Shown: positions 11,649 to 23,600 of the stretch, piece after piece
Layout: each line of letters opens with the position of its first letter
Numbering within the stretch: position 1 is the first letter of the stretch
Assembly: GCA_040954595.2 (NCBI GenBank)
Contig: CM082583.2
Coordinates: forward strand, 7,500,849-7,564,848
Origin: Balanoglossus misakiensis
Lineage: Eukaryota > Animalia > Hemichordata
DNA length: 64,000 nt
Reading direction: 5' to 3'
Notes under the pieces: model-generated
The model's database searches: none
What the model was told of the DNA's origin: nothing
Seen by the model: only the letters and a program-made list of their open reading frames with translations
Translations under genes and position numbers: made by a program

Positions 11649-14600
11649 TTACGAGTGGAGTGTAGCTGTAGTTGCACGAGAAGATGCCGAAGATGGGATC
11701 TGTCGGGATCCGGGACGCGAAGGGTCTTCGGATAAACTGTCGACTGACACAACAGTTAATCCACTGGAAGGTCTTGGGTTCGACTTAGCTTTGATGTCTA
11801 TCTCGACAGCATCCGATGAACCAACCTCAACAACGGTCACTCCTGCGCCGAACTTGTCTCTGGTCTTGAACAGCATGTCTTCCTTGTCTGGTGAGCCCTT
11901 GCCGACGGAAACGGCGGTCACGTCGCCACTGGTCGGTCTTTCATCAGACACGTCGGTCGATCTGGTCTCGTTTTCTACGCCAGGTTCCGGTTCTGTTGGC
12001 GTTGCCGCACGTTCATCTTTCAGCATCCCGTCCTCCTGCTGGTCGGGTGCCGCCTCGCCCGTTTTCTCCGCTGGGGTGGATTTCACAAGTGCCTCGGTGC
12101 TGGTCGACCGGGCGGCCAGGGCTGCCACATCGGCATCGGTGACGATAGAATATGGATCATTCACCGGAGAAGCTGGAACCACACCACCGGTAGTTTTATT
12201 CGTCGGTGCGCAAGTGTTGGTAATTGTGACACTTTGGGGAGGTGGTGAAACGGGATCTATATTGCCGTCTTCAACTGTCTTGGTTGGTTTCTTTCCCTTC
12301 ATAATCAGGACAGCTGCGATTATGATTGTAACGACGGCAACAACAACAATGCCGCCAACAGCAGCACCTATGATTACTCCAATATTGCTGTCATCCTCTT
12401 CTTCTGAAATGGAGTGCGGATTAAAGATAAGGAAATTTCAATATTTTTACTTTAAAAAAACACCCGGGAAAGCTAGTCCAAAGTTGAACCATCATTTGTT
12501 AATTATATAAGATAACTCTAATCAAGCACAAAGCAGTTGAACTGTTTCTGATAGAGGGGGTTGTCTACTTACGTCCAATACAAAGTCCTGACAAGGACAA
12601 GAATTTATCAAATAGAAACGTACCTACTTCTACCAAGACCTCTTCGGTTGTCGCCTCTTCTGCTGACTCTGGAACTGTTCCAAAGACAATTAATTTAATC
12701 TTTACTACGAGGAACAAAACCACTTTATGTTATCGATTAACGGTGCACAGTTATAATACAATACGATTAATTTATGAAACACTAAGTGAAGCAAATTAAG
12801 CAATAAGACTGTACTGTCATGACTCCAGAGAAAAATTTTAAGGTGAGCTCCACATCCGTATGTTCTTATCTATTTTTTACTTGAGAATGAATGAGCTTTG
12901 TGATTGTGTACTGAAAGAAAATATTGTCAGGAAATACATGTACCTAACATTACATGCGCGCTTGGTAGCCCAATGGTGTGGAGGGGCTCATGCTATGGGT
13001 TTGCAGGTGATTGAGAAAAATAGGCAATATCCCTGATTTTCAGGTACTGGGTCCCCGTGCATGGTATGTCAGTCACCCATTAAGGGGCGGAGACTAGGTC
13101 ACTTGTCATATGCGCATACAGGTCTTGAGAAAAAATAGGCAATATCCCTGATTTTCAGGTACTGGGTCCCCGTGCATGGTATGTCACTCATCCATTGAGG
13201 GCGGAGACTAGGTCACATGTCATATGCGCATATAGGCAACTCTTTCCCCCTTTCTGAGTCACTTCTGAGGTAGCCGTCGTGCAGCTAACAGTGCGCATCG
13301 TGTGCTCCTGATCCAATCTCTTGGCTACCGCTATTTTGCATTTATTTACGTTCAAATTCATTTCTATGCATCACTAGTACGCCTCTGTGAGGCTGGATTG
13401 CTAGATTGGTGGGTTTACGTAGCTATTTTTCTGGTGTTATTGCTTATTTGGTCCGTCTGAGTCGGGACGGGTGTTCTGTCGCCCAAGCCCAGCTTTACAT
13501 GTGCGTGTTCTGCCCACGCACACGTCGAACGCTTCAGTGACCGTCGTCATCGGAAGCTCGTTCACGTTACCACACTGCAGATTTTTTGTGGGAATTTCCC
13601 CAGAGTGCTATATTAGGTGTTAAACCTTTAAAGTTTTCGCAGTGTTTCCCGAGATTTCGTGACAACATGTATTAGTAAAGATATGTAAGAAAATATGTAT
13701 TAGTAAAGATATGTGGTGACTGAATTTTTACACCATGATTTACAAGTTTTATTTTAGTGCAGTTAGGGTATTAGCTTATAGGACGTTCGTGTCAGCATAC
13801 TTTTAAATGAAAATTATGAATATTACATCTGTGTCATCAAAAGTGTATAAGTATATAATTTATGTTAGCAACTCATTTCATTTATATGATTTAATATTTA
13901 ATATCTAAAGTTAACATCGACGGAAAACTCTGGTACCTGTTACTGTGTTAGTCGTCGTTGGCAACACTGCAAAACAAAAGTTAACGGGGAAGACCATATA
14001 AATCAACAGCTACAATAAGATGGTGTGATAGAAGCCTTAGGAGCAATTTCGTCCAAATGCAGTCCAACCAGAATCCGATTTTCAATGTGAATGCCAGTGT
14101 CCCCTAACTTAATTAGTGCCATACTTATGGAAAAAATGGGATCTCTGCTGGACCCAAAATACATGTAGATATGACCAATTAGTTGCACATCACCCACTTG
14201 TCAGTGTACATTTTTCACATGAAAAAACAAACACGCGATACTATAAATTATAAGGGCAATATTGAAAGCCCCCCAAGGGCCGGGCAACTCACCTGTTGAA
14301 GGCGGGTCAGAAGAAAAGACACTGAATTCTGACAGGTGAGTCACGTGACATTCGATGGTGGCGCTGTCAATCTCCACGGTGATGACGCCGTCGGTTGACC
14401 ATGCGTTTGTATCCTCGTCCCAGTACTTACAGGTGTACACTTTAGTGCCGTCCGGACTGTTGATGGTCAAGTTCATTTTTATAGGGGTCGCAAGGTCAGT
14501 GATGTTCAGTGTCTCATCTGGCAAATTAGGAAGACAAGTGTGTTTAATCAGTGGGATAAAGGTGCGCAAGGTTATATTTGAGCAAATTTATCCAAACAAT

Positions 14601-17600
14601 TACATGATTGTCTTCTCTTTTATGGCATACGGACACCACTCATGCTGCTTTTACTGAATGACGTCATAGTTCATCAGGAGGCCTGAAGTCAAGGTGCACA
14701 GACATGATTCTCAATGTGAGAGCATGGAGTCAATGGTGAGTGTCAAGAATCTATCATTACCAGATTCTGGATCAGACAGTTCCACCGTTAAAACATCCGA
14801 AGCTCTTGAGTTTTTGTCTTCGTCTGTTGTCGATCTGTAGTCCACGCCGCTGTCGTAATGTTCTGTTTTGACAGACACACCAGAGCAGGTGCCGCTGTCA
14901 CATGTCCAAGCCGCTGTGTATCTGTTGTATTCAAAGATAAACAATAGTAATTATTATCCGCTTTCTTTACACATATTTGAACCTCACGTGTTTGAACCTC
15001 ACACTGAATTCAGTAAATTCGACCTACGTGTTCTCTAGCTCAGAGCCGAAGTCGACAGTAGCGCCGCTCGCCGATGAAAAGCTGCCGTCGAGAATATTTT
15101 TCTCAATGGAAATGGAGACACCTGTTGACGAGATTTGTGTTGCACCGCCACCTAGAGTCTGACCACGTGACAGAGACTGTAACATCCTCGTCTGGCCTTT
15201 ACTGTTGAGAGACGGATTCGAGGAGAAATGATTAGTTGAGGAATCAGTTATGTACAGTTCTTGCATGGGTGAGCGATGCAGCAATTTTATGTTAAAATGG
15301 AAGGTGTTGATGATGTTGTAAAAGAAAAGAAAGAAGACAGGAAATGAAATACCGGAAACGGAAGGAGAGGTGTTATTACCGACACTTGTCCAACATGGCG
15401 GAGTTCCACACAGGATCTAATCCGGCGCCAATGTTCTGGAGTTTATCCAATATGACACGTGCGCTTTCTGTGTCGATGACGACATTGGAATCGGAACTGT
15501 AAATGGTGACGACCTCCTTCATGGTGTCCAAGAAGATGTCTGTGAGGTTACGTGAGAAAAAAAATCATTTACAGAGATATAAAGGGAAATGTCTTCGACA
15601 AATTTACATCTTTTGTCAAGAAGCCGAAACCTTAATATGAAAATGTATTATGCGATTCTTGTGTTGCACATGCAAAATGCCTGAACAATGGAAAAGTCTT
15701 TCAAAAAGCGGGACGTTGGCAGCCGAAAGAACTTACCCTGATCACCGATGGCCATATCAGGGGTGATGAACTTGCCGATTTGATCGACCAGAAGTCGAGC
15801 ATCGTCTGCGCTGATCACGGAGCTACTCAGAACATTCTGGACCAGATCGAGCCTTTCTTGCTCGTTAGCGGATGTTGTATCCGCATAAGAACGCTTGCGG
15901 CGACGTCTGGAGGAAGTGGACTTCTCGACCAACATGTTTGTGTTGACCAGTGCTTCCAGGTAAGCACCTGAGTATGTACATGAATACGGTTTAGGTTTCG
16001 TCATGCAGTCAGTGAATGTGGGGGAAATATCTCACCGGGCAATGCCAAACTGATTTGTTATTATTCGGTATTTTTTGCTTTCTTGGCATAAGATACTCAG
16101 AAACAAGCATTCACTTACACGATTTGTCTATACCACAAACACACTGCATAGAACTGATTTAGGCAACGCCCCCTTCTTCTGATCAAACAACTTACCTTGG
16201 TATACAAGAGGTTCGATCAGGTTAGTTCTGAAATCAGCGATGTCGGCAGCGCTGAACGACGCTTTCGTGTCGACGCCAATATCTATTGAGAATTCAGAGC
16301 AGCTGTACTTGTCGCATACCTGAGCAGAGAACGGGGTTAACAAGAAATAAGAGTAAGTTAGTGCACAGGCTCTCCACACTGTGGTTATAGTGTTATATGA
16401 TCTTTTGAATTCCAAGTTTTCCAACGTTGACTGGACAGATGATAAGAAGGACATCCTTACTTTAGAAACAAAAGTGTTGTTAGATGATCCATCTCTGGCC
16501 GATTTTCCAACTCCAGAAGATGACGGTTCTGATCCCTTCTTAGTGACTGCTTCCAAATTGCTGTCGTCATCCTTGATGCGGAATATCTGGTAGCTCAACG
16601 GATACGCATCCTCGTCCGCGACACAGTTCTCCACGAGGTAACTTATCTGGTCAAAAGTAAAAATGTACAGTACACTATTAAAATGTATTTCAGTTTTAGT
16701 TCAGACACTTCGATATTTGTTCGAACCAGACCTTGTTAAAACAAAATTTGCCATTTAGTCCATTGTTTTTCTGTCCAAGGATATTTCCCTTTTAAATGTG
16801 TTCAGCCCTACAAAATAACATTTTAGATGAATAAAATGTCAGTCTAATAAGCAGGTTCTAAACCATGAATTATCTTCAGTGTTTACCTCTTCCAATTCGG
16901 TGTATGAAGCGGCACCATCAGCGACCGTAAAGTCGCATGACGTCACGCCAGAACGAACGCTGAAGGTAACCTTGGAAACACTGGACTGTCCATCTTGATC
17001 TGTGGCTGTCACCTGGACGCTGTAGCTTGTTCCTTTCACCAATTGACCTAGCAGAAGAGACAATGCAGCCAACGTTAACCTCATTTCTGAAATCCAGATA
17101 TATATTTACAAAAGAACAACTGAAAAAAACACAGAGGTGATGATCATAGTTTAATATCTTCACAAACCTGATCTTATAATTGCGTTGAAGATTGATCTCG
17201 TTCCATCCGGCGAAGCGTGTATCTTGGGCACAGTCAGGAGTCCGGTGTAGTCGCTGAAGTTGAAGTAGCCATATCCACTGTCGGTGTCCACTGACTCGAA
17301 GACGACAGACACTAACGGCACGGTGTGTTTGATGAGCGATTTGATGGTGACAATCTCGTCTCGGGTCACCTTGTTGTTTTCACTCTTCTCAAGTTCGACA
17401 GACACCTGGCAAGTAAGTGGAAAGATAGGTTTGGGTTCAGAGAGTTGCTCTCTTTCAATGCTATATGTTACAGTAGACTAAGTATAGGGAATGTATTTGG
17501 TGATTTTCTACCAAGGATATAACTCTACTCCAGTGTGACTGGAAAAACCGTCCAGTGTCGATTCTCAGTTACTTCTGAAGCTGTCATTTTATCGATCCTC

Positions 17601-20600
17601 TCGGTTGAGGTTCTATAGTCAACAATCAACGGATGATTGACAATCGATCGATTCTCACCTGTGGAGGGTTACCGGAGACGGCTGAGATCCTAACACTGGC
17701 ACTGGCAGATCTGGTGAGTTTGGAAATGGTCAGAGTAAACTCGTATGTCTTGTCAGCTCCCATACTCATTGCATCGAAGGTCAATATGGCGGAGTTGGCG
17801 GTCGTTGGAAAAAGTTGTCCTTCTTCGCCAGTCTTGTAGGAATAACAAGCTGAATTGTCGGTTACCTGGGTAAAACATTGAATATGTCAGCGTCAAATTT
17901 GCTCAAAAAAAAAAAAAAAAAAAAAAACGAAAGTGTGGACATTGGTGAAATTGCTCGAAATTTGCGGTCGGTTGTTAAACGAATGATATCGGGGCAACTT
18001 TGGATGCTGACATATTCTTACCTGCGTACAAGTCCATGAATAGGTCATGTCCACGGCTACGTTGTCAGGATCTTCGGAATATGACCCGTCTATTTCCAGA
18101 TCGCCACTGTCTCTACCAACCGTCATCTCTGCGCTACCGCGGATAAGGGCGACCAGCGGTGTGCTGACTGTGTTGACTTGGATGGAGGCGGTTGCCACCT
18201 TGCTCGGGTCGCTGCTTTTGTAGACTTGGACGGTGAACGTGATCACTTCGTCTCCTGTTGATAAAAATGATCGTTTAATAGTGCATCGAGGACACCTGAC
18301 ATGACAGCAACTTTAGCAGTCGACGTGTGAATGAGCGGGAAGCTCACCTGGTAGACTGTTGGCGTCGATGTACAGCGTCCTCTTGTACATAGTCTTCAAG
18401 TTCAGTGGAACTTCCGAGTTATCCACAGACCAGCTAAACTCCGTAGTGCCTGGAGGAACGCACTCCGAGTAGAAGGTGACCTCTGCGGTGAGGTCAAAGC
18501 TGCGAAGAAACGATTCAAAATTTAACCATTGCTGTATGATTACATATCAGACATTATTTACCATAGCAACGACAGCACTGCCGATTGCAATAGAAGTTAA
18601 TAATGAAGGTAAAACAATCATGATAATATTTTCATTGGTATACATACCTATCAGAGACACTTGTCGAAGAAACGTCGACACCCTTTGCAACTATCTTGAT
18701 TTCCGGCAGCGCCAAAGGAGATCGCTCCACGACATAATATGCCACATCAGCCTCACCAATAAAATTGGTGACAGTCAGCGAAAAGTTGTATGGTGTGTCT
18801 GCATCTATTAGAGCGCCATCGAGTTGCAAATCTGGACCTGAATGATAATAATGTTACACATGAATTATTGTTTCACATCAGTTTGATTTGTCTGATGCAT
18901 TACTGGTCAATTATGTTTTTGATAACCAGATCTGTACAAAAATTATACGACCACTGACATCAATATTAACATGCGTTCCGTTTATCAATGTTTTACTTTG
19001 AATCATATTATTGAGTGTGAAAATGGTGAATTGAAGATGCAATTCTTACTGTTCAATCCGGACAATGCCGATGTGACGTTGGTGGTATTGCCCACACTTT
19101 CGACACCCCAGGTGTACGTCATAGCCCTAGCGCCACTACCGGTCGATCTGCGTCCACTGATGCGGACATCGCCGCAGCTTGGGATCTTGGGAGACCCGAC
19201 CAATATGGCGACCGGTTGGAGTGGCTGGGCAGGTCCAGACACTGTCACGTTGCCGCTGGCAGTGTACGAGTAGTCCTGGTGAAAAGTTTCCACGGAGCCG
19301 CTTCTCAGAGCCAGAGCGTTACCTATCAACGAGGAATTTATTTGAGGGCTGTCATATAAATTACACTATTTTTGTAATAATCAGCATCTTGAAATCAACA
19401 TATAATGTTGAAGAGTTAAAAGATACGGTTGTATACACGTGGCCGGTCACCAAGGTTCTTAGATAGGATTTTATACACGTGGCCGGTCACCAAGGTTCTT
19501 AGATAGGGTTTTATACACGTGGCCGGTCACCAAGGTTCTTACTATTGAAATGCAACTGAATCGTTTTCATTGTTTGCCTAGCGGAAATATGAATGTAACA
19601 ACTTGTTGATATTTGCGGATGTTTCGACTTACCTGGCTCAACTAGCGTCACTGCTTTTCCGATGACAATTATCAAAGTCTTTGGGTCACGGAAGAAACAT
19701 TCTGACCCCTGGCCAAGAAGTGCGCTGCTGACGTCATCGAAGATGTCACTGCAGGAACTGAATCCCTTGTATTGGACACCGGTGTCAAAGGTCACCTTGA
19801 TGGCAGCGCCTGGAAGGAACAAATATATGGATATATTTTATTGGGTGATAGGGCCTATATATAGATATTATACATATTACAGAAAGTCTTCCTGTCTGTG
19901 GTGGCCAAAACAAAGGATCAACTTTCATTTCTAGGCATCGGACAGCATAATCTGACGAAGGCGTTTTGAATTACCATTGTTCGAAAACTGCGCAGACTCG
20001 AGATTTGGCGCAGAAGCGTAGACTGTCATCGCAACTGGATTGTCTCTGGTGGTACCAAGTCCTGTGTAGCCGTTGACAGTTGGCGTCCCGAAGACCCGGC
20101 AGGACCTTGGTGGTGCCGGCACTTCAAACTGTATTTCCTCATCGGAAATGAATTGTCCTTCATAGGTCTCTTGGCCGTCGCTAAAGATGTCTGCAACGAA
20201 TGTACAATCCGTATTACCGATAACTACGTGTATGTAGGCCTATATGCGGGTGTGTTTCTTTAACATTTTATTTTAACCTCAAGAAAAAAATCCTTAAAAG
20301 CGACAATTTATCCAGTTTGCATTTGTCTGTTTGCTGTTACTCACCTCCGGCAAGGATAAGTGTCGGGGCAGCCTGTGGTGAGTTTCTGATGTCACTGAAC
20401 GCCCCAGCAGGAACAGTGGCAGTTATAGTCAGACCACTTAGGCTCGTGTCCAGAACCAGCTCCACTGGACTGATGTCTATTGTATTGACGTCTAAAAGTG
20501 AAAGAAAAAAAAAAACATTACACAGTGAGAAAGTGGTCAAGTCGAAACATGACTTTCTGTGAGGTAACCATGGTTGTTTCGTTCTCTTGCGAAAGGAGAA

Positions 20601-23600
20601 AATACTTTTTAGGTCAAGTCTTCTTTTGCGTGTCATGTGAAGTTTTGATTTGACATTTAATAGACAAAAATCAACATATAATGGGAATCTAGGCTGAAGG
20701 GCTTACCTTGGTAGGTGTATAGAGTGGCTCCAATATCTGTAGGCAGATCACTGTCGCGTCGAATAGTAACGGTGTACTCATCTGTTGGATTTTGGAAGAA
20801 AAGAGCTGCATAAACGACCTTTGCAAAGTCCTGTGCTTTTTTTCGCGCAGCGTTTTATCGGTGATGAACTTAATCTGTCTCTTCTTATACGGGGAGGTGG
20901 AAGGATATTGAGAGCTGCAAAGCATAAAAAGCTCGAAAAAAAGAAATATAGTTGTTGTATTCTAAACATATCCGTAGCAACACTTACCCATTGTCAGTGC
21001 AGGTGACATGCACACAATGACGGTGTTGCTAGTGTATTCCACCATGCTCGTCTCGACTTGGACGCCGTTGCTGTCTTCAAATATACAAGACAATGTAGAT
21101 CCCTGGGTGAAACCGGCCCCGACGATTGTCAGCTGGAAAGTGGCGGAAAGTGATTCGTGATGAAATGAGTGTTTGGTTAAAAGAATCGTTCTGTATCGAC
21201 GATCGGATCTTTCAATCGAGCTATAATCATTGCAGATGTAGGCTGCTAAGTCGTTTGACACTGACAACGTTGTTGGCCGATGAAATTTTTTCTTAAACCT
21301 CGCTGTCATAGAAACACTTACCTCGATTTCAGTCTCTGCTGGTATGTAGTTTGGAGTAATCCAACCAACGCCAACGCAGTCTGTCCCACTGCCATCACAC
21401 ACACCGCAAGCATCAAAGGTTTTGCCACTGAATTAAAAAAAGGAAAGTTGGAAAGCTTGCTTGTAGTATATGACTGAACTCAAAAATAGCAAATAACTTG
21501 TGTCCGTTGTCTCTGTGTTTAACGTTGACTGGCAAACTATAGGGTACACTTGAGCAGGTTGGAAAGGGTAGGAAAATGTACAGATGTTGTGAAAAGTCTA
21601 CCATACCTGTTTGCAACGCCGTCGCATCCCAAGCAAGACGTGGCACTTACAACGCCGTCGCAACCGCACGCATTCTTGCCCTCGTCGTCGGTAAGACCTG
21701 TGTTGCCTCCTACACACACGCCACATTCGTTCTCGTAGGCCCTGTCAAAACCTTCAGGCACGTCAAAGAATAATCTATATTAGCAAAGAACACTTCAAAT
21801 GGTTCTGTTATTGAGTGAGAAAAATCGTTTTATCACACTTTTGCGGCCACGTTGGTAAAACTAATTTTTTACTTTCATTTGGCATTTTCGTTGAAAATTA
21901 AAAACTGACAATTCACGTCCCCATCTTTGGTGGATGATGTTGCTTTAACGGATTTGCGACCATGCCCCCTTTTTGAGTTTCAAAACAGTCTTACCCGGTA
22001 GTACGCATGCTCCAGCGCAATCCATATATTTGCTTGCCGTGCTGTTGGACCCATGTGAAGGCTCACAGAATCCGCAATCGTCTATTATCCATCCACCGTC
22101 ACAAATTCCTCTGCAATCCAGACGGTTGTCGTTTGCGTCATCTGCTTGTCCGGATTCCCCTCCTGGCGTCACAACGAGGTAAAACAATGAAGATTTTCTT
22201 TTGGGCTCACAGGTTAATCTTACCACACATCATGGATTGAAATACAGGTATACGAATTCTTAACATGGTCTAGGACTTTGTTTCTTTGAAGAAAGCAGAC
22301 TTACCAACACATTCGCCACAGTCATCAATAAACGCTGTCCCGCTGCAAGTTCCGTGGCAGTCCCAAGTTATGCGATAACCTCGGACTTGCTTGCAGTATC
22401 CGCACCTGTCCTTGCCGAAATTCACGTCTCGCCCGGTCGTACCGCCGACGCACTGTCTGCAGTCGTTGATGTAGGCGGTGCCGTTGCACTGTCCGGCGCA
22501 GTCCTCCGTAGCGTCGCCGTTGCACACGCCGGCGCAGTCTTCACGGGCGCCACCGTTGCACACACCGTCGCAATCAGGGATTCCAAAGCACACCTCTGTT
22601 GACGAAAAGACATTTTAAGTGTTATTTTCCTGCATGAAATCGCTATCAGTGGTGTTGGCACGCAAATTGGATCCAAAAATGTTATTCATCTACGCTTTTT
22701 CAAATTAACACATTCAGGTGTGTTAATATGTATTACATAAATATAAATGAACAGGATAAATGGCAAGACAGAAAGGATTTTCTCTTCGTGTGTACTCACC
22801 GACTACAGAAGACGATTCGGATTCATCAAACAGTAACTCGGATGGCAATTCTTCAAGAATCACGTCCAAGCAGCCTTGCTCCAGAGCCTCCATGTCATCA
22901 TTCTTTATCAAGGTGCACATGCCTTGTATCATCTCATCACCACCTTCAGCCATACTCAGCATCTGGCCAACGGCGTCACAAAGTATGACGGAACCGTCGT
23001 AGATGCTGCCTGCGTTCAGGGCTTGACCGAGTATCTTGAACGCGTCTTCGAGTGGTAAGGCGGACAGAAATTCTCCTGGTTGTCGGAACACTTCTGAATA
23101 CATTGGCACGGACGGCATCTCGAGTTCGCTGATTGTTAATTCAAAACTGGAATCGGGATCCATGGCTGCGGTCAGCTCTGCGCACAGCTCGTCGATGGAA
23201 CCGAATCCAAGCATGCTTACAGGCAACATCCCACCAAAGCCAGCATTGATTTCGCTGAGAACAGATGCGCATGTGGTCGCCGTGTACATTGCACCAATGA
23301 CTCTCGCCTTCATCGACGATAACATGCCCTCGGCCAAGGAAGGATCTGCGCCATCGGCCGTTGCTGCTGAGACGTCAGTACAGAGAGCATCGGTATCATC
23401 GTAACCACCCAGTGCTGTAAAGATGACGCCCATTGCATAGTCAAAGAGTTCATCGCCCCCATCCTTTCCATGTACATAAGACCCGTAACTCTTCTCACTG
23501 TCGCCTTCATCTTTGCCTTCACTCCCATCTTCTTGACACAGTCCTGTTCCAATGTGTAAAGAGGTGGCAAGGACGTGGTCCAGCATACCGTCCACGTAGT

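Noticed and set aside
11623-12510. 295-aa plus-strand ORF
   Set aside because: It is the antisense shadow of the last exon of paralog B, with no recognisable domain or independent gene signals.
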